Part shown: one piece after another, positions 11,877-25,063 of the stretch
Numbering within the stretch: position 1 is the stretch's first letter
How the letters are laid out: each line of letters begins with the position of its first letter
Assembly (NCBI GenBank): GCA_023213395.1
Contig: CM041465.1
Coordinates: 163,129,741 to 163,193,740, forward strand
DNA length: 64,000 nt
Source: Cycas panzhihuaensis
Taxonomy: Eukaryota; Plantae; Cycadophyta
Direction: 5' to 3'
Notes under the pieces: generated by a model
Told to the model about the DNA's origin: nothing
The model's input: the letters and a program-made list of their open reading frames with translations, nothing else
The model's database searches: none
Position numbers and translations under genes: made by a program

Positions 11877-14473
11877 TGGTATTAGAGCTGCAGGAGGTGC
11901 ACAAGCAAATGAATGTTATTTAGATTATCCAATTGTTTGAGCCAGATCATGCTAACTTACTCAGCGAGGATTGGTTTATCTGACAACTCATAGAACTACC
12001 ATGATGGTACAGATGATCATGTGAGGATCCCATAAGCCTTTTATTCTTTGTTTTATAGGATTTCATTGCTCTACAGAGGTGTGCAGATAAGTATGTAGGC
12101 TTGGTTACTCCATTGCCAATAGTAGGTACCTATTTTAAGCCTGTTGAAGGTGCTAGATCTATTGTTTAGTATTACCACTAAGTTTGCAATGAAAAAGACC
12201 CTATAACAATCCTTTTAGGAGGAGAAGATGTAGCAAAAGAGGTGTGTTTGTTTATTGAGCCATAGTCTAGTGTGTATAGATGTCCCCGAAGAGTGTAACA
12301 GAGCCATGGGTGACAAATTAGCATAAATAAGAGTATTTCATTTTTTTTTTGCCCATATTGATTTAGATAATGAAGTCGCCCATTCCATTTTTTGGACTGT
12401 CATTGCAGTCACGTGGTGCATTTGAATCGCCCAAGCTTAATTTTTATGTTGCCACTTATTTATTGAGTAGCTACATATGATATTACTGCAACCATATTGA
12501 CATTTGTTTGTGTATATTTTCATCATTGCCACAATATATTTGATATTGGTAACGTTTGATATATTCAATCTACTGTTGAATTAATTAATTTATTAAATCA
12601 TTTAATTTAATATTACGTTGCACCTATTTACAAAATGACCCAATATATAGTTGCATTGCTCATATACCTTGATATTAAATCATTTGATTTATAAAGTTAT
12701 TTGATTAATATTGAAATTGCATATTGTCATTTATTAAGTCATTTTGATTTGGCGATTTATTAAGATGCCTTTAATTAAGTCTGCCCATTACTTTTCTTAA
12801 ATCCCTTTTGAATAGTTCAACTTTTGTTACCTTATCACATATGGTTTTCTTTGCCTTAAGTTGCCTTTGAAGTGATTTGGCATATAATGATGTTATGAGG
12901 TGTTAAGATATGGCAATGATTATATGATAATTTAAATGGTGACTATTTAGTGACTTTGAGGCATTAGGATGATCTCTTACATACAATTGCATGAGAGATG
13001 GGTGATATTAGGCTCTTTAGCATGTGATTACTTTGGAGAGTGAGTTGGGTGATGTAGGCAATAAGAGGCAATGGTCTGAAGCTCTTATTACATGTGGATA
13101 CATGGCAGAGTTTAATGGGTGGAGTAGTCAAAGTAGGGAATTATCACTAATTCGCTAGAGTGTAAGAAAGGGTAAAAGAGGGCATGTTTTGGGTGAGAGT
13201 TGTCAAAGTAATGGAGTTCACTAGTTGACAAGAGGATGAGAATAGGTGAGAAGGGCATGCTGTCAAGGAAGTGGTGTTCACTGATTGATAGGAGGGCAAA
13301 AAAAAAGTGAGTTTGATAGAGATGCTGGGCAAACAAATATTGATGAGTGGCATACATCATTGAACATTATCTTATAGATGTGGTTTATTCATTATATAAT
13401 GGTGTTGTTATTTAGTTATAATAGAGTTCTTTTACATTAAATGTGTGTGATAAAGAGGTTCAGAATTTACTGCTTGTATAAGTGGTTATCAATGTTGGTA
13501 GACCATTATACTTTAGCTAGTTAGACTAATATTAGCATGAGGGTTTATGGCCTATTTCATGTTGGTTCAACGTGTATATATATTTGAATAAGTCTAATGT
13601 AGAATCATTAGTGTGATTATACAAAATTGAAGTGTGAATGGAAAGGTTTATGATGAGAAGCCTTAAAATTAGTTCTGCCTTTGTCATGGTATGGAATGGG
13701 AGTTAGTTGTCCTATATACTCCTTATTAGATTGAGTTATAGGTATTATGATGCAGATGAAGAGGTGTTTGGTGTATGTTAAGGTTTTCCTCCTATGTTTG
13801 TGGTAGAAGTTGTTACATACAGTTGTTTATAGGCCCATTTCTAAAGTTATTTATAGCATATCCCCCATTATATGTTAGACCAGTAAGAAACCTATCATTT
13901 AATTCTTGAGTGTATTGGAGTACACATATCTTAGATGAAGATCACAATAGTAGGGTCACAAGAGTTTTAAGTAAATGGGTTTGAACAAATCTTACAAATA
14001 ATGTGATTTGTAGGGGAGAGCATTGTGATTAGTTTAGATGTCAAAGTTGAAGAGTTCATGATATATCATGCTGAGTATCATCTGATTACATGTTTTATCC
14101 TTCATTTCTTACACTTTCTAAGATGTGGTTTAATAGGTGTGGAGGTTTGTTTACCTAATATTATGTTTGAGATGAAAGAAGGATCAAGTAGAAGATTTAT
14201 GATGAGGAGCCATTATAAGAAGAGATATGGATTGCAATCTCATATTCCATTGATGGTTGAAGACCTTGAGGATGATTGAATAATGTGGATCAACATGCTA
14301 GTTAAGTTTGTGATAGACACCAATATTCCAACGAGTGGAGATTCACAATGGAGAGCTACATTAATGGAGGAGTAATATATGTGGGATTTGGGTCCCTTAC
14401 CTCCCTGAAGAACCTGGTTAGTTTACAAGTTAGCAAAGCTTATTGTGTAAGATTTCATACAAAAAGAAGGATT

Positions 14474-17400
14474 TGTTAAGACAAAGACAGAGGAGAACAA
14501 AGAAAATTTGAGAGAAACTCATTGTGTTGTATTCATGAAGAAGATGTACATTTATACAATGTCAGGAACCAACCACCTAACTCCCATAATGAGAAGTTGA
14601 CAAGTGGCCTTCTTTAACTTAATGACTTTGGATTAGTGATATAACATTATATTCTAACACCCTCTCTTAATGTTTTATCTGACTAATCCAATTTTGTCTC
14701 TTAATATTTGGAAACGATCCTTTCCTAAGGGTTTTGTTAGAATGTCTGCCACTTGATTTTGAGTTGGACAATATTTTAGATCTATTTCTTTATTTTGGAC
14801 CTTTTCTTGAATGAAGTGGTGCTGAACTTCTATGTGTTTTGTTCTTGCATGGAATACAAGATTCTTTGTTAACATGATGGCACTTTGATTATCACAGAAG
14901 AGGTTTGTAGCTATTGCTTGTGATACTTCGGATCTTCGAAGTTGCACGAGCCAAACCGCTTACGTGGTGGCACTACTGGCGACTTGTATTACTTACATTG
15001 ATGGCGATTACTACAGTTGGTTGTTTCTTGTAGCTCCAAGATATTGGTGAAGATCCTAGAAAGAAGCAGTATCCACTAGTCGATTTTCTTTGTTCCTTAT
15101 CACCGCCCATCTGAGTCATGAGAACCCATTTAAGTGAAAGGGATTTTCTCTTCAGTACTTTAGCTTTAGATCTATTGTCCCTTTGAGATATCTTAAGATT
15201 CATTTGGCAGCATTCTAGTGTCTCTGCTTGGGTTCATGTATGTATCTGGAGATCAAGCTCACAGCATAGGCAATATCAGGTCTGGTTGCTGTGAGATAAA
15301 TCAAACTTATGATAAGTTGTCTGTACAAGTTTGAATTGCTACTTGCCTTTGTTGGATCTGGAACAAGGTTGTAGTTGACTTCCATTGGGGTTGCGCAGGA
15401 ATTGCAGTTTTCCATTTTAAACTTAGTTAACAGATCACTGACGTATCTACTTTGATTCAGGGTGATTGAGCCATCTTACTGTTCAACTTGAATTCCCAAA
15501 TAATAGTTTTGCAATCCTAAATCTGTCATTTCGAATTTGTTCCCTAGTTATTTTTTGATGTCTGCAATAGAATCATCATCATTACCTGTGAGAATCATAT
15601 CATCCACATATACTGCTATTATAGTTATTTTATCATTCCTCGACTTTGTATACATGCTTGAGTCAGCACTGCTCCTTTGGAATCCATACTCACACAGATG
15701 TTCATCAAGCTTGGCATACCGGGCTCGAGGTGCTTGTTTCAACCCATACAAGGCCTTTTTTAACCTGCAGACTAGATGTTCTTGTCCTGGTTCAATATAT
15801 CCTTCAGGTTGAGACAGATAGACTTCTTCTTGAATTTCTCCATTTAGGAAAGCACTTTTAACATCTAATTGATATACTTTCCATTTTTTTTGTGTTGCCA
15901 ATGCAATAATTGTTCTGATTGTATTTAGTTTGGCAACTGGTGAGAAGGTTTCTTCATAGTCTATGCCTTACATTTGAGTGTATCCCTTAGCAACAAGTCT
16001 GGCCTTGTATTTTTCTACTTGGCCATTTGAACCTCTTTTAATTTTGAAGATCCACTTGCAATCCACAACTAATTTGTTGGGAGGCAAATTAACTAATTCC
16101 CAAGTTTGATTTTTGATAATGGAGTCAAATTTAATGTCCATTGCTTTTCTCCATTCTGCATGATCTTTGGCTTCTTCAAAGGATTGTGGTTCTATACTGC
16201 ATGCCAAGGCTTTTGGTTTTTGACTTCTGGTTCTATGGGGGAAAATTTCCCCTTTGCTTTCTTCTATGGTTTTTAAATACCATTTTGGAACTTTCATTAC
16301 TTTCTCTGTTGGGTAACTCCCGTCAATTTCCTGATTAGAATCTAAAGTGGAATCTGAAGACGAAGATTCATCTAAAGTTGATGTGTTTGAATCCTTTACA
16401 TCTGGAGCAAGATGAGGAATCATTTCAATTTCTCGAGATTGTCCAGAGTTTTTATTTTCTTCATTGAAAACAACATCTCTGCTGACATAGATCTTATTAG
16501 TTTTAGGATCTATACATTTGTATGCTTTTGAGTTTTTACTATATCTGATCATTATGCATTCTAGACTTTTTGAGTCTAATTTCAGTCTTTTCTTGTCTGG
16601 AATGTGAATAAAAGCTTGACTACCAAATACCTTTAGGTGACTTATGTCTGGCTTCCTTCCAGTCCATGCTTCTTCTGGAGTGAGATTTTCAACTGCCCTT
16701 GTTGGGATTCTATTCATCAAATAGCATGTTATACTTCTTGCTTCATTGATACATTTTGATACATTCTTTGAATGTATCATGCAACGTCCATTTCAACAAT
16801 GGTTTGATTCTTTCTTCGGTAACCGTTGGGTGAGTTGTGTATGGAGTTGTGAGTTGTCTTGAATTCCTCTGGATTTGCAATAGTTCATAAAATCATGTGA
16901 GATGTATTCTCCCCTCCGTCGGATCGAATGCATTTGACTTGGTGTTGCTCTCAATTTGGCTTGACTTTAAATTCTTTGAATGCATCTAAAGCTTGACTTA
17001 GTATGTAAGAAATAGACCCACTTTCCTTGTTAGGTCATCTATGAAAGTAATAAAGTATTTCTTTTGCTAATGAAAGAGGGGTAAATGGTCCACAGAGATC
17101 GGTGTGGACTAGTTCTAATTTCTCCTTTTACGCCATTTACTTTCTTGAAAGGGCATTTTGTGTTGTTTACCAAATTGACAATCTTTGCAAAAGAATTGAT
17201 CAGATGTGAAATGTGGCAAGCCACTTACTAATCTAGTCTTCTCCATATTTTTCAACTTATCTATGGGAAGATGACCATACTTAAAATGCCATATTTCGTT
17301 ATTGTGGTTCGTAACAGAAAATGCTTTTACATCAGATTGAACAGGTTGCGAAAGCAGCCTGTACAGATCATTTTTTTCGATTCCTTTTGCAATTAGATTT

Positions 17401-19511
17401 CCTTTGCTATCAAATATAAAGCGAAAACCCTTTTCATCAAACACAGTACACAATCCTTTCCTTTTGGTGAAAGCGAAAGGAGATTCATTTTCAGACCTAG
17501 TACATAGAGAACATTTTCAATTCGCCCTGTTCTATTTTCAATTGTCACTGCCACGGTTCCAATGCCTTTGATTTCAAGGGGGTACTTATCTCCAAGTTCC
17601 ACAGATTTATCGGTATATGGACGCGACTCTTCAAACCATTCTTTATGACTGGTCATATGTCGTGAGGCTCCTGAATCAATGTACCATACATCTTTGTCTT
17701 GAAGGTTGACCGATAATGTAGCTATAAGAGCAATGGGCTCTTCTTCTGGATCACTATCATCAGATTGTTCTTTGCTATAGTTGACCATTGGTTGTTTCCC
17801 TCTTTGTGTTTGAGCTTTCTTGCATTGATATGGATAATGTCCTAACTGACCACAATGATAGCAGGTGTCAAAGGTTCTACAAGAATTTGCAAAGTGTCGA
17901 GTCTTACTACAATTGTAGCATATGATATTTCAACCATGTCTTCTAGAATCAGACCATCTCCCACGGGATGAGGAACGTCCTTCAGCTACTCTGCCTCTTG
18001 CTCTGCTTCGTCATCTGAAACCAAAGCTTAGCTTTGATGCAAAAGCATCTTCAATTTCAGAGGAATCTTCATATCTCTTATTCCTCTGTTCCTGTTGGAG
18101 TAACATCCTAGTTAATGTATCCAAGGTGATTGTTGTCATTTGATTAGTATTAGAAATGGTGTTAATCGTAACATCAAATGACTTGGGCAACTTGCCGATG
18201 ATGAGTTCTACTATTTCATGTTCTGAAAGAGGGTCTCCAGCATTGGCAAGATTGTTTCTGAATGATATTATTTTGTGCTTAAACTGTGTGACAGTCTCCG
18301 TTTATTTCATTTGAACATTGAAGAGTTCTCTTTTAAGAGCAATAATTTTAGCTTTATTTTTCTGTCCGTACATATTTTCTAAATATTTCCAAATGTTGTT
18401 AGTAGAGTATAAATTTTTAATTTAAACAAGCAGAGGATCTGAGATTGATGGTTTCGATACAATTACTCTGGCATTGTCTCGTTCTTCCCAATTTATTTGT
18501 GCAGCACCAGCATCTTTGGGTTTATCTTCACTCCCAAGAGCAATTTGCTAGGTATTTTTAGCCCTAAGCAATGTTTCAACTTTTATTTTCCAGACATGAT
18601 AATTATCATTAGTGAGTTTATCACCATCGGACAGAGCTAGAATGGAAGAAGCCATTAAAAACCCCAAAATCTGATTTCTGAGATCTGGGACCGTACTATT
18701 GTACAGATTTCTATATGGTATAGAATCTGTATGGATAGGTACAAAATGTACCTCAAAAGTAGCGCTTTTTCAGGGCGTCTAGGGTTCTAAAGCCAGTTTT
18801 TGATTTTGACTTACAAAATTTTAGAAAATTGCCTTGGAACAGAAATTGGGCGGTTAGGTTTTTAAGCAAAAAAATGCTTAAAAAAGCTTGAAAAACCACG
18901 GATATTGTACATAATTGTACCCAGCAGGGACGCAATAAATGACCCTTCAATTTCAGACAGATTTCTTAAGGAAATTCGAAGAAAATTTAGAGAAAAATGA
19001 GGAAATCTGTGAAAACCGTGTTGACCTTTTTTTGGGCAAAACACCTTGAAAACAGCTTTGAATCCACTCATCACAGAAGAAAGAAATGTTGGCGATGATC
19101 AGATCTAGATGCTGGCCAAATTTCATCTCAATCAGAGAAGTTTGATTTTTTGTCAAATGCATTATGCGGTTCGCATATAGATCCGGAATTCAAATCTTGA
19201 GGTCTGACACGCAGAAGATAGCCCTGTGACTTAATTACTCCTTATTGAAGTGTTCTTGAATCCTTCTTCTTGAAATGTTCTTCAATTTTGATCAAATGGC
19301 TCTAGGGTGGCCCGCTCTGATACCATGTTAAGACAAAGACAAAGGAGAATAAAGAAAATTTGAGAGAAACTCATTGTGTTATATTCATGAAGAAGATGTA
19401 TATTTATACAATGTCAGGAACCAACCACCTAACTCCCATAATGAGAAGTTGACAAGTGGCCTTGTTTAACTTAATGACTTTGGATTAGTGATATAACATT
19501 ATATTCTAATA
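14474..19511 (-). mobile_element. Copia-3: full-length, relatively young Ty1/copia element
   Basis: 186-bp LTRs at 14474-14659 and 19326-19511 (6 mismatches counted); PBS 19314-19325; PPT 14660-14668; perfect TSD GGATT (14469-14473 / 19512-19516). Confidence 0.97.
14675..18655 (-). pseudogene. Copia-3 gag-pol (frameshifted)
   Basis: WYIDSGASRHMT, WHFKYGH..C..CQFGKQH, YKARLVAKGY, YVDDMI and ADILTKPL appear in the ORF track; ATG at 18655. Confidence 0.95.
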
Positions 19512-20026
19512 GGATTCAGGTATAAGGAGATATTTGCACCAATCTTTGTGTTATTAGTTCATTTGATTCTTACCTTTAGTAGCTATATTATTGGGAGCCA
19601 TATCATATAAATGAGATATCAATATTCCTTAATGGAGATTTGAAGAGGAGATTCACATGGCTCAAGTGGCTCATCCTCTTGGTTTAGTCAAAGGAAAATG
19701 GCTATATTTTATGGACTAAGTGTTGATATAGAGAGAGAGTTATATAGTTGTAAGGATTATTGGAGTCACATCCAAGGAATCAAGCACATACAAGGCATAG
19801 CACTATTACATTTGAAAGTAGATCAGATCATGGAAGATGCAAGTAGAAGTTTGTTAGAGTGATGATCAACTTGAGGACATGTTCACTAAGCCCTTACTAA
19901 AGATCGCTTCATCAATGTTCATGTATATTAGGAGAATTATCCTTGAGAGGGGATCTATCAATAGGTATAAAGATAAACCAAGCCCTTGAGAAGACTTCAT
20001 GACCCTATATTTACATTAAGAGGGGA

Positions 20027-20344
20027 TGTTGGAATATATTGCATACTAACTAATATTTAATGTGTGGGTATTATGTACAAATAATATATTAATGTAATAT
20101 TATGTTGTGAGCTAATGAATGTAAACTTGATGTAATATTGAGGCACTTTAGATCTATAACTATAGATCTAATGTCTATTGTATTATACAACATTAAGATT
20201 TGGCAAAATGTGATATAATATTTATTTTGGTGGGTTTTCACCTAATAGGGTTTCCCACTTGTGTCTTGTATGCATTCATTTTACTTAGAGCTATTGTGTG
20301 TTAAATATTCTGTTATCCTATTTGCATAGAGGGGTTTCCTAATA
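20027..20344 (+). repeat. Copia-2 3' LTR (terminal CA decayed to TA)
   Basis: Direct repeat of 11559-11876, followed by TSD TAGAT. Confidence 0.93.
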
Positions 20345-20349
20345 TAGAT

Positions 20350-21920
20350 TTCTTTGGAATAGTTTATTTATAGGATTAAAGGTATGGATAGACCCAATCT
20401 CCCTCTGAAAATTCTTATTTAGTTTAGTGTAGATTAGCTTGCTACTATATTCGATTTTGGGCATTAAAAGGATGTTCAAATAATAGGTTGATTATACTTT
20501 ATGATTATTGTAGATAACTACCCACTACAAGAATGCGTGAATTAGTAGTAGCCTAATGTTTAAATGAGATAAGGTCATATCCATATAATACCTTAAAGGG
20601 ATACATCTTAATGGCTATGTAGCTTGTTGTATTATACCATCCTTTAGCCAAATATAATCATTTATCCTAACTACCAATTTTATTTGCTATAAAACTATGA
20701 AGGTATATTTGAGACTTTGTTGACAACCTTAGTTTTTCCATTTCATTAGAGATGGTAACTAGTACTTCTATTTAAAGTTATGCCTACTTATTTAAACAAT
20801 TCCTACAAATAATTACTTTGAAACTTGGGATCCCGATCATTGATAATTACTTTTGGCAATCCATGGAGTTATAAATCTCTTTGATAAAGATTTATATTAC
20901 TCAATAGGCTTTATAACTAATATGTATGGCCATAAGAAAGGCATATTTAGTTAGCCAATTAACCAACATATAAGTGTAATACTTATTATCTGGTCTTGGT
21001 AAATCAAAGCTTATGCCTTCTCATTTAGTATGAGGGATAGATAAAGGTTATAATAATATGAGTGGATGAATATTTTAATATTTTAAAGTTTAGAAGATTT
21101 CACATTTAGCTATATATTTTTGGATATCACTTTTCATACATTTCCAAAAAAAATTATTATCACATTTGGCAATGAGTTTTATAAAATCTTGTATGACTTG
21201 TTAAAGGTATTGTATGTGCTTCCTTTAAAACTATTTTTTTTTTCATTTAGAGTAATCTTCTAGATAAATGTTTCTTTTATTACCATAAAATGTCAATTTT
21301 CCATTCAAAATTTTCTTGAGGGTTTCTCTAGATATTAGAGATTAGTTAACTGATTAAAGAATCCTTAACATATTCAATATGTATGTTGTCTAACCAATTT
21401 AGATTGATAAATATAATTACATTAATTTGATGTTCCTTACCTCATCAAGATAAAATGTCAGCCACAACATTTATTTTTTCTTTATTATATAAAATCCTAA
21501 AATCATAAGCTTGTAGTTTACTAATCCATTTTAATTATTTCAAAGAAAAAGCTTGTTAATTTAAGAAATCTTCAAGACTATTATTGCTAGTTTTAGTAAG
21601 GAATCTATTGCCTCACAAATATTGTTTCCATATGCATAATGCATGCATAATTACCAACACCTCTTTGTTGTATATGGACTTAAGTTCTTTATGTTTATTT
21701 AATGTTTGACTTTCATGTGTAATAAGATGTTGCTCTTGCATTAATACTATACCTCCACCTAATCCTGAGGCATCATATTTTGTTATAAAGATTTTTGTAA
21801 AGGCTAACAATACTAAGAATTAGAGGGTTGCCATAATTGACTTGAGATTTTCAAACATGCTTAGGATTCATCAGTCTAATTGAATTATTTACTCTTAAGT
21901 AATTTATTCAAAATAGATTA
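20350..21920 (-). pseudogene. Gypsy-A pol remnant (RT-RH linker, RNase H, integrase)
   Basis: ORF 21613-21810 reads DASGLGGGIVLMQ..ESQTL..SIYNKE; integrase-like remnants at 20400-21200. Confidence 0.85.
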
Positions 21921-22432
21921 GATGTAATCCAAATTGAATTGAAAAGTAACAACTTAATCCAATTGAAATAACTCAAATTCAATATTACATAATATCTATA
22001 TTTTACATTTGAATTATTCTTATAAAAATTCATTTATTTACACATTATTAAGCATTTTCTTAACTGCTACAACATCCTTAGGATGGATAAAAGAGTTTTG
22101 GGCTCTTTCTTGACTACTGCGTCCTCTTTGAAATATTTTTTAGTAATCTTTGTGTGAGGATTTTTCCCTCTATTTAGTTGCAACTCACTTTTTGGGATGA
22201 GTAAGTTGGCAAGGATAAGTTCATGATCATTAGATCCCTTTTTTTTTTCTGTCAGTTACACCTAGTTACATTTAGTCATACTTAGTAATGCATTTTTTTT
22301 TTCATTTTTAAGAGTACAAAATTCTATTTTTTCACTTGTTGAGTATTAGAAACACTTATGAGACTCCATCCATAGGTATTTATACTCTTTTTTGAAGGGA
22401 AATAAGGATTTAAAAGGATCTGATTCAGATCA
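21920..22432 (-). repeat. Putative Gypsy-B 3' LTR
   Basis: Non-coding block between Gypsy-A pol and a PPT-like CTCCCTTCT (~22436-22444). Only ~28 nt of the partner LTR survive. Confidence 0.55.
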
Positions 22433-22474
22433 AAACTCCCTTCTATTTTAAGAGTTCATGGCCTCATGAACATC

Positions 22475-24280
22475 ACAATTGCAAGTAAGAGAACTTGATT
22501 CTTCCCTTCTCCTTATTATACCATCTTGTTTTGCTGGGTAGTTATCATTTCTCTTTAATCCTAAAGGACTCAAATTTGCCTTTTTTGGTTATGGTTTGCT
22601 TCCTTTGAAGAATGTAATTAGTTTACAATGATTCTTCTTTCTCCACTCGTAACTCCTCTAGATTTGGCAAGAGAGGAACACCATCTTCCTCTTCATCTAA
22701 TATAGATGGCTCGAATATCTTTAAGTTCTCAACATTCATAATTGAATATATTTTTATAAATTCTGGTAATTTGAGTTGAAAAGCATTTTTTCCAATTTTC
22801 TTCAAGATTTTAAAAGGACCATAACGTATAGTCTTTAACTTTTTACCTTTATCCTATAATCTTTTCTTGGTGAGATGCAACCAAACTCAATCTCCTTCCT
22901 TGAAGGAATGACTGGTTCTATGCGTGTCATGCATTTATTTATATTTCTATTGAGATCTTTAAAGCCGCTCCTTAACTTGTTGATATATTTTTCTAATTCT
23001 TTCTAAGAATCTTTGTGCCTTCTTTTTTCCTTCTTCCTCCTTTCTATTTCTAGCAGCAAATTGGGCTAAAAATTCTAAATCAAATGGGTTTGAAGGAAGA
23101 AATCCCAAACATACCTTGAATGGTAACTTTTGAGTTGAGTTATGAATTACTCTATTGAAGGACAATTGTAGGTATGAGAGACTTTCATACTAAGTATTTA
23201 GATGCTTGCCATTGTATCCTCATAGTAGTTGCACTAATATCCTATTGACAACTTTAGTCTGGTTATCCATTCGAGGATGGAAAGCCATGCTCATCCTCAA
23301 CTTTGTATCCATCATCCTCCAAAAAGCTTGCTAAAAACAACTAAAAAATCTACTGTCTTGATTAGAAATGATAGAGTTGGGAAGTCCAAAATGTTTCTAA
23401 ACATACTAGAAAAATAATCTGGCTATGTTTTCTCCTGTATGTGTCTTCTTATAGGGAATCAACATCATTGTTTTACTAAATCGATTAACAACTATAAACA
23501 AATAATCCATACCATTTTTTATCTGTGGTAGTCTTATGGGGAAATCCATGGAGATACTCTCCTATGGTTGTGATTGAATGGGAAGTGGAGTGTATAATCC
23601 TAACTTCTTATTAGCCAGCTTTGATATGCTATACAATGTACATCCTTGTACCATTGTAGTCATGTTTTGTTACATATTAGGCTAATATCAACAATAGTTT
23701 TCCTACCCCAAAGTGTCCTGCTACTCGAGAGGTATGAGATTCTCTTACCGACTTCATTCTGTTTACTTGCTTTAAAATATAAAGCTTATTATGCTTAAAG
23801 AGTGAACCATTTCTTAGCTAAAAATCAACAACTATCTTTTCTTATGATAGCTACTCCAAGATGGGCTTCAATGCCTCATCTTCCATATATAAATTTGCAT
23901 ACTCATCATGGCAAAAAGGGTGAAATTGTATAGCTATTAACAAGCTAGAAATATCTTATTATTGAGGAGATCTAGATAACAAGTTTGTACTTTTATTTAT
24001 TATGCCTTTCTTGTACTTGACTATGATGTAAAATTGTTATAATTAAGATATCTACTTCATGTGCTTAGCCTACTACAATTTGGACTATGTCTGCAAGAAT
24101 TGTAAAGGCATGTGGTCAATGTGGATGACCACCTCTCTTCCTAATAAGTAAGGTCTCGAATGCTTAATTACTTGATGCAATGCATAAAGCTCCTTATCAT
24201 AAGCTAGGTAATTTATCACAGATTTATTAAAAGTCTCTAAATGATATATCACTGGTCTTCCCTCTTACTTCAACACTGTT
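22475..24280 (-). pseudogene. Gypsy-B RNase H-integrase-chromodomain-like tail
   Basis: YDKELYAL, SMDFPIRLP, FHPRMDNQT, YGPFKILKKIGKNAFQLKLP; C-terminal ILQRKQTITKKGKFESF..PSKTRWYNKEK resembles a degenerate chromodomain. Confidence 0.8.
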
Positions 24281-25063
24281 CCCATTGTTGGGTCAAGGAT
24301 TTAGTTGCCACACTCCACTATACTAAAGCAATGGCACATAATAAGAGCAAAATAAAGAGAATAAGATTGGGAGGCAAAATGAGAGGTGATAATTATGACT
24401 CTCCCTTTCTCATTTAGCCTTATACATTAGAGGATGTGTATTAGGGTTTTCAAAGGAGTTTCCTACCTAATGACATGATCCTAAAATTTCATTTAAATGT
24501 AAATGAAATTACATTTAACTATGTGACTTAGTTAACTTAAAGTCACCTTCATATAATTAATCTAATGACCTTAATATATTAACATCTATCAATCCCCCTC
24601 TTAATGGTAAAAGATCATTATGATAAAATATATTTTATGAGGCCTTAATTTGAGCCTCATTATTATATTGACACTTTTGTGGGAAAATCCTCACAGGGAA
24701 TAAAAACCCACGAACTTTCTAAGATCTATAGCCCCTTAAATCAAAATGGCTAAGGTGATTCTTGACGTAGCCTAATAGCCAAGTAGCTTAAATGTGTAGC
24801 TTGATCTACGAAGTCTCCATATACAATGTGGTCATCCCCCATGCCCTTTTAGGTTTTCATAGGTTTTAATTTTTTAAGACTAGTACCACCCTTATCCTTC
24901 TATGCCCATAAGGAGTTTGCAGAAATAGGATAGAGTAGAGACTTATTCTTATTATTTTGTACCCATAAGAGATTTTGATAAATGGAATATAGTATGATGA
25001 TCACATTGTTATCTCCTTCAATCAGTCAGAGATGGAGGCTTGGAGGCTGAGCTACCTATAAAA

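Larger units (their letters stand above)
11559..20344 (+). mobile_element. Copia-2: internally deleted, heavily decayed copia-derived LTR element (host of Copia-3)
   Basis: LTRs 11559-11876 and 20027-20344; PBS TGGTATTAGAGC 11877-11888; PPT AAGAGGGGA just before 20027; perfect TSD TAGAT (11554-11558 / 20345-20349). RT/RH remnants (YKEIFAP, LNGDL, DMFTKPL) at 19520-19900. Its own internal sequence is only ~3.1 kb. Confidence 0.92.

Noticed and set aside
24441-24450. TAGGGTTT/AAACCCTA telomere-like motifs
   Set aside because: These are isolated single copies, common in plant TE promoters, with no tandem telomeric array.
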